A DNA stretch of 40,496 nucleotides from Octopus bimaculoides. Lineage: Eukaryota. The DNA is taken from assembly GCF_001194135.2 (NCBI RefSeq), contig NC_069005.1, positions 13,929,500 to 13,969,995 of the forward strand, given 5' to 3'. The notes beneath the pieces were generated by a model. That model worked only from the letters and a program-made list of their open reading frames with translations, was not told the DNA's origin and did not search any database. Positions 36,540 through 40,496 of this stretch are shown in pieces. Position numbers and translations under genes: made by a program. Numbering within the stretch: position 1 is the first letter of the stretch; every line of letters starts with the position of its first letter.

Positions 36540-37109
36540 AAAATGTCTCTTGCATCGAGTCAAATACTGTGGACCAAATAGTCACAATGGCTAATAAAAT
36601 TGTTGAGTTCTCCGTGCTGCTTGCGTCTGCTCCGCGGCATCTTCTGCAGCCTCAATTGATGGCCTTTCCAAAAAAATTGACATTCTTACCAAAAGGATGG
36701 AGGCGATGGCAAGCGTTTCTCAAGATCGCGTAGTCGCAATCGTTCTGCATCTAGTTCCTCAAAATCCGAACTGTGTTGCAGAACAAGCACACAAGTGCAT
36801 ACAGTCATGTACTTTTAAACATTTAAACTAGCTTCGGAGGAGTTGCGCACGTCAACTTCTTTCTCTAGTTATCGTGCATTTTTTGTAAAAGATCTAGTGT
36901 CGAAGGAAATTCCTTCTAGTAGACACTGGTTCTTGTTGTAGCATTTGGCCTCTGCGTCTTACTACCGACAGGCCAAAACGCTCTCGTGTTAATCTGCACG
37001 TGAGGGATTCGTCCACAATCGTCACGATCAGGCAGGTTTCGTTACGCCTCGACATAAATCTTCGTTGAGATTTTCAATGGGTTTTTCTCATTGCTGATAT
37101 TCCCCATCC
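36540..37109 (+). mobile_element. Gypsy gag-protease remnant
   Basis: gag tail (DQIVTMANKIVE..QAHKCIQSC) followed by the aspartyl protease FLLVDTGSCCSIWP..FQWVFLIADIPHP, which is cut at 37109. Confidence 0.85.
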
Positions 37110-37282
37110 GGTACTACTAAAGCAGCATGGTGTCGAACGCGCAGTCGCGCGTTCGCGCTAGCTAGTTGTGAGTGGTCGATCCTAACCCTAACCCGCGTGT
37201 GCAAATGAATACGTGGTTAGGGTTAGGATCGACCACTCGAGACTAGCTAGCGCGTTCGGGTCCGCGCTGCTTTAGTAGTACC
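37110..37282. mobile_element. Palindromic element end/MITE, putative Merlin
   Basis: 17-bp perfect TIR GGTACTACTAAAGCAGC / GCTGCTTTAGTAGTACC, plus inner 40-bp arms 37154-37193 / 37215-37254 containing (CCTAAC)2. Confidence 0.65.
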
Positions 37283-37626
37283 ATAGTTTCTTATGAGAAA
37301 TCGAAAATGCCTCGTGGAAGACCCGGCTGCACAACATCTTATTGTTGCTGAAAACGAAATCCTCAATCTCATCTTATTTATATGAATTTCTATGGCGGAA
37401 TTCAATCCCAAAAGAAAAAAAACATTTGTTTATTTTTTGGCTGCCATTTCTGAAGTGTATAATGTTGAGTGGGTGAATTTCTAGAACTGTATGTAAGGCG
37501 AGGTGTTAAAAAAAAAAAAAAATTCAAGGTAAGTAACTGAACGTCTTACCAGTATTATCCGTACTACTGTTTATATATAAATCACACACGTCATTGAATA
37601 TCATAGTACCGGCTGAGAGATCGAAA

Positions 37627-37872
37627 ATGCCTCGTGGAAGACCGGCTGCACAACAACTTATTGTTTCTGAAAATGAAATACTCACTCGTGAATTAATATT
37701 AGAGGAATATTGGAATATTAGTGAGTTATGCAGCAGTTAGAGACACAAAATGTTGGAATAGTGTGCGCGCCGTCGGCTTATTAGGAATAAGTTTACCTGC
37801 GACGATTGTCTAGTACCATGCGGACTTGTTACACGTGGTGACAATTGATGAGAAAGAATGGTACTGTATGTG
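37627..37872 (+). pseudogene. Merlin (IS1595/ISXO2-like) transposase N-terminal fragment
   Basis: MPRGRP..LE*CARRRLIRNKFTCDDCLVPCGLV..DEKEWYC fits the CxxC..WxC zinc ribbon. It has 2 stops and a frameshift. A diverged copy of the first ~70 bp is at 37295-37370. Confidence 0.6.
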
Positions 37873-37877
37873 ACTGA

Positions 37878-38075
37878 CCCCTAAGGGTGGATGTTACTGT
37901 TGCTTTTAGCCCCAGGAGAACATCTCCAGTTGGCTATCGACACACATCTGTGTCCTGTCTATATTTGCAAAGGGAAGTTATCTTTCCCATCTTGATCTGC
38001 GATACGTACGGACTCGAGTTTCTGGGTATTTTCCCGTCTTCAGCGTACGACAATCGCCGACCTTCGATGAAATCT
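37878..38075 (-). mobile_element. Penelope-like terminal repeat interrupting the Merlin ORF
   Basis: Contains the HHR at 38005-38049 and begins where the Merlin frame stops. Confidence 0.55.
38005..38049 (-). ncRNA. Type I hammerhead ribozyme, GUC cleavage site
   Basis: CGTACG-CTGAAGA-CGGG-AAAATA-CCCA-GAAA-C-TCGA-G-TC-CGTACG: complete core, 6-bp stem I, palindromic stem III (ACTCGAGT) and one stem II mismatch. Confidence 0.8.
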
Positions 38076-38084
38076 TTGTTATGA

Positions 38085-40496
38085 TCATTAAGATCTAAAT
38101 ACAGAAAGGACAATACAGGACAAATATTACAAAAAAGTTAAAATGAGTTCGAATGACGATGAAATTTAAATATATAATTAAATATCGATAACTTTAGACA
38201 AGAACTTTACAATACGACTAAAATAAAAAGACACAGAAAGAAAGGAAAAAAATGAAAAGTTTAAATGATCGAACCCAGCAGCTAATTTTTCCTTTTATCG
38301 ATGATTAAGCTGGGTTCCTGACACCCACCTTTCTCATCACATCCTTCCATCGTTTTTCGTATTCTTTCAACCGCAGAGTCTTCCTCTCCAACCCTATCTT
38401 GCTTTTCAGATGATATCTGAAGTATGTTAGCAAACCGGGGCCAGAGACGAAGGACCCTGTTACTGATCCTTCCATTCTAGTTCTCCAAACACACTCTTTC
38501 AATACTGCAACCGTACAGTAAAAACATGCCTCACCCTCCTTTGAAAGTCCAGTTGGCGGTACCATTCTTTATTATGGATTTAGCCGATAGATGTACTTGT
38601 CCCAGATGTGACAACACGTGTTCTACGTAAATTATCAAACTTGAAAGTTCCCGACAATGTACAAAAGCGTGCTGGACAGTTTCCCTGTCCAACCCACATC
38701 TTGGACATGTCGGTGGCACTGCCATTCCGTCCCGAGATAACTTATCGCGAACAGGTAAAGCGTTCCTGTAACACTGCCAAGCCAGAGAATTTTGGTAATT
38801 ATCCAAATACCCCGGCTTGAAGGTTTTCTTGAACAGGTTGGTAAGTTTGTTCTCGTCGAACCCCAGAGCCTCTCCTAGGACGTCATCGTTTTCCCCCTCC
38901 ACTAGCCCTCTGTAGAATACCGAGGTGGTATTCCCGCAGCCAGCCTTGCCCGTCTCNNNNNNNNNNNNNNNNNNNNNNNNNNNNNNNNNNNNNNNNNNNN
39001 NNNNNNNNNNNNNNNNNNNNNNNNNNNNNNNNNNNNNNNNNNNNNNNNNNNNNNNNNNNNNNNNNNNNNNNNNNNNNNNNNNNNNNNNNNNNNNNNNNNN
39101 NNNNNNNNNNNNNNNNNNNNNNNNNNNNNNNNNNNNNNNNNNNNNNNNNNNNNNNNNNNNNNNNNNNNNNNNNNNNNNNNNNNNNNCTGCCATTAAAGTC
39201 AGATTACGTCTTCTAATGAGACCGGGTTTAAAATCTTTCCAGCGAGGCCGGTCGCGGTAAGAACTCCTCCGCCAACGGACTCCACACCTTATCACCCTCC
39301 AGGTGGCACCAGAGATGTCTCAGCCTCAACGCATGTCTGCGCATCATTAGCCAGGGCATCCCCAAACCACCCTTCAGCGGTTCCTGACAGCACACGGAGC
39401 GCCTCACAAGTGGCTTCCCCCCCTCCACAAAAAGCGGAAGAGGAGTCGTACCAGCTTGTTTAGCCAAAAATCTGGGAAAGGCACAACGGACAGGCGGTAG
39501 GTGATTACAGATACTATAAACACCTGCACCACCTCCACTCTACCCTTCAAGGACAGAAACCTTCCGGACTATGGCCTCCACCTTTACTACCTCGCTCCAA
39601 TTCTTCTCCGTCTGGGAGTCTGAACCAAAACCAAACTCCAAGCAACTTAACAGGACCATCTGTCCAGTGTCCAACGACACTGGACGATAATGGCTTGTTC
39701 CTCCAGGTGCCGAGGCGCAAACCAATGGACTTGTCCTTGTTAACTTTTGCTCCTGCCACCGCTTCGTATCTTCGGAGAGCATCTTCTACGCGAGGTAGTT
39801 GTGCTTCTTTAGAAGACACGATGAGAGTGACGTCGTCAGCATAAGCAGAAGTGAACTTACCGCATCCAATCTCATTAGGGATGTTGCCGAACTTCTGCAG
39901 CAATGGCTCCGGGGCCAAGACGTACAGGACCGGGGACAAGGGACACCCTTGACGAACAGACCGCTTGATCGAAAACGGCTCCGTTAGGTAACCGTTTATC
40001 TGGACGGTGGACTTAATGCCGCTGTACATTGCGGAAATCCACCCGCGAAAGCCCGGGCCTATCCCAGCCACTTCGTGGACGGCCTCCAGGTACCGATGGT
40101 CTACCCTATCGAATGCTTTACTTTGGTCTAAGTGGACCAATGCCGGCTAATTTACCAACCCTGTCTAAGGTGTAGCGGAGAAGGTGAAGGTTGTCTTGGA
40201 TCGACCTGCCTGGGATTGCACAGGTTTGTGCCTTCCCGACAAGCTTCTCCGCGACAACCGTCAACCTTTTAGCTAACACCTTGGCCAAAATCTTTTACTC
40301 TACGTTTAGTAGAGTTATGGGCCTGTAATTACTAATGCTATCCCCCCTTGCTTGGGTCCTTCTGGATCAGCGTCACAACTCCCCGGCTTACAGAACTGGG
40401 AATTCTCCCATTCTGCTGCCAGTTTGCATAGACGCTTGCCAGGACATCCCCAAACAAGTCCGACATTAAACGATAAAACTCGTAGGGCAGACCATC
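38085..40496 (-). mobile_element. L1/Tx1-clade LINE, ORF2 (RT + zf-RVT) and 3' UTR, lightly degraded
   Basis: DGLPYEFY, NYRPITLLN, LDQSKAFDRV, VRQGCPLSP, AYADDVT and TCPRCGLDRETVQHAFVHC. It has one stop, at least 2 frameshifts and an internal gap. Confidence 0.93.

Noticed and set aside
1840-39295. Long ORFs in the track dominated by X
   Set aside because: They are artefacts of reading through N gaps. Only the 38531-39295 ORF has real LINE coding flanks.

Overview
AT-rich, repeat-dominated eukaryotic DNA with many N gaps and (AT)n/(ATT)n/(GT)n microsatellites. The SINE families resemble octopus repeats as I recall them, so a cephalopod origin is an inference and not verified. Recognisable elements are decayed transposons: piggyBac, mariner (2), Tc1, pogo, hAT (2), Merlin, Gypsy (2), RTE, CRE-like and L1/Tx1-like LINEs, and several tRNA-SINE families. 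No intact named gene is visible. Two phase-compatible candidate exons of an unidentified plus-strand gene and a promoter-like region are noted. The strongest unexplained signal is a series of hammerhead-ribozyme (HHR) motifs from unrelated Penelope-like terminal repeats: one intact HHR with a ~90-nt structured stem II insertion (209-344), one near-intact GUC-type HHR (38005-38049), HHR remnants at the centres of inverted repeats, and half-HHRs cut off at microsatellites. Also notable are a piggyBac transposase whose N-terminus appears to be spliced, and a palindromic, TTAGGG-bearing putative Merlin end.
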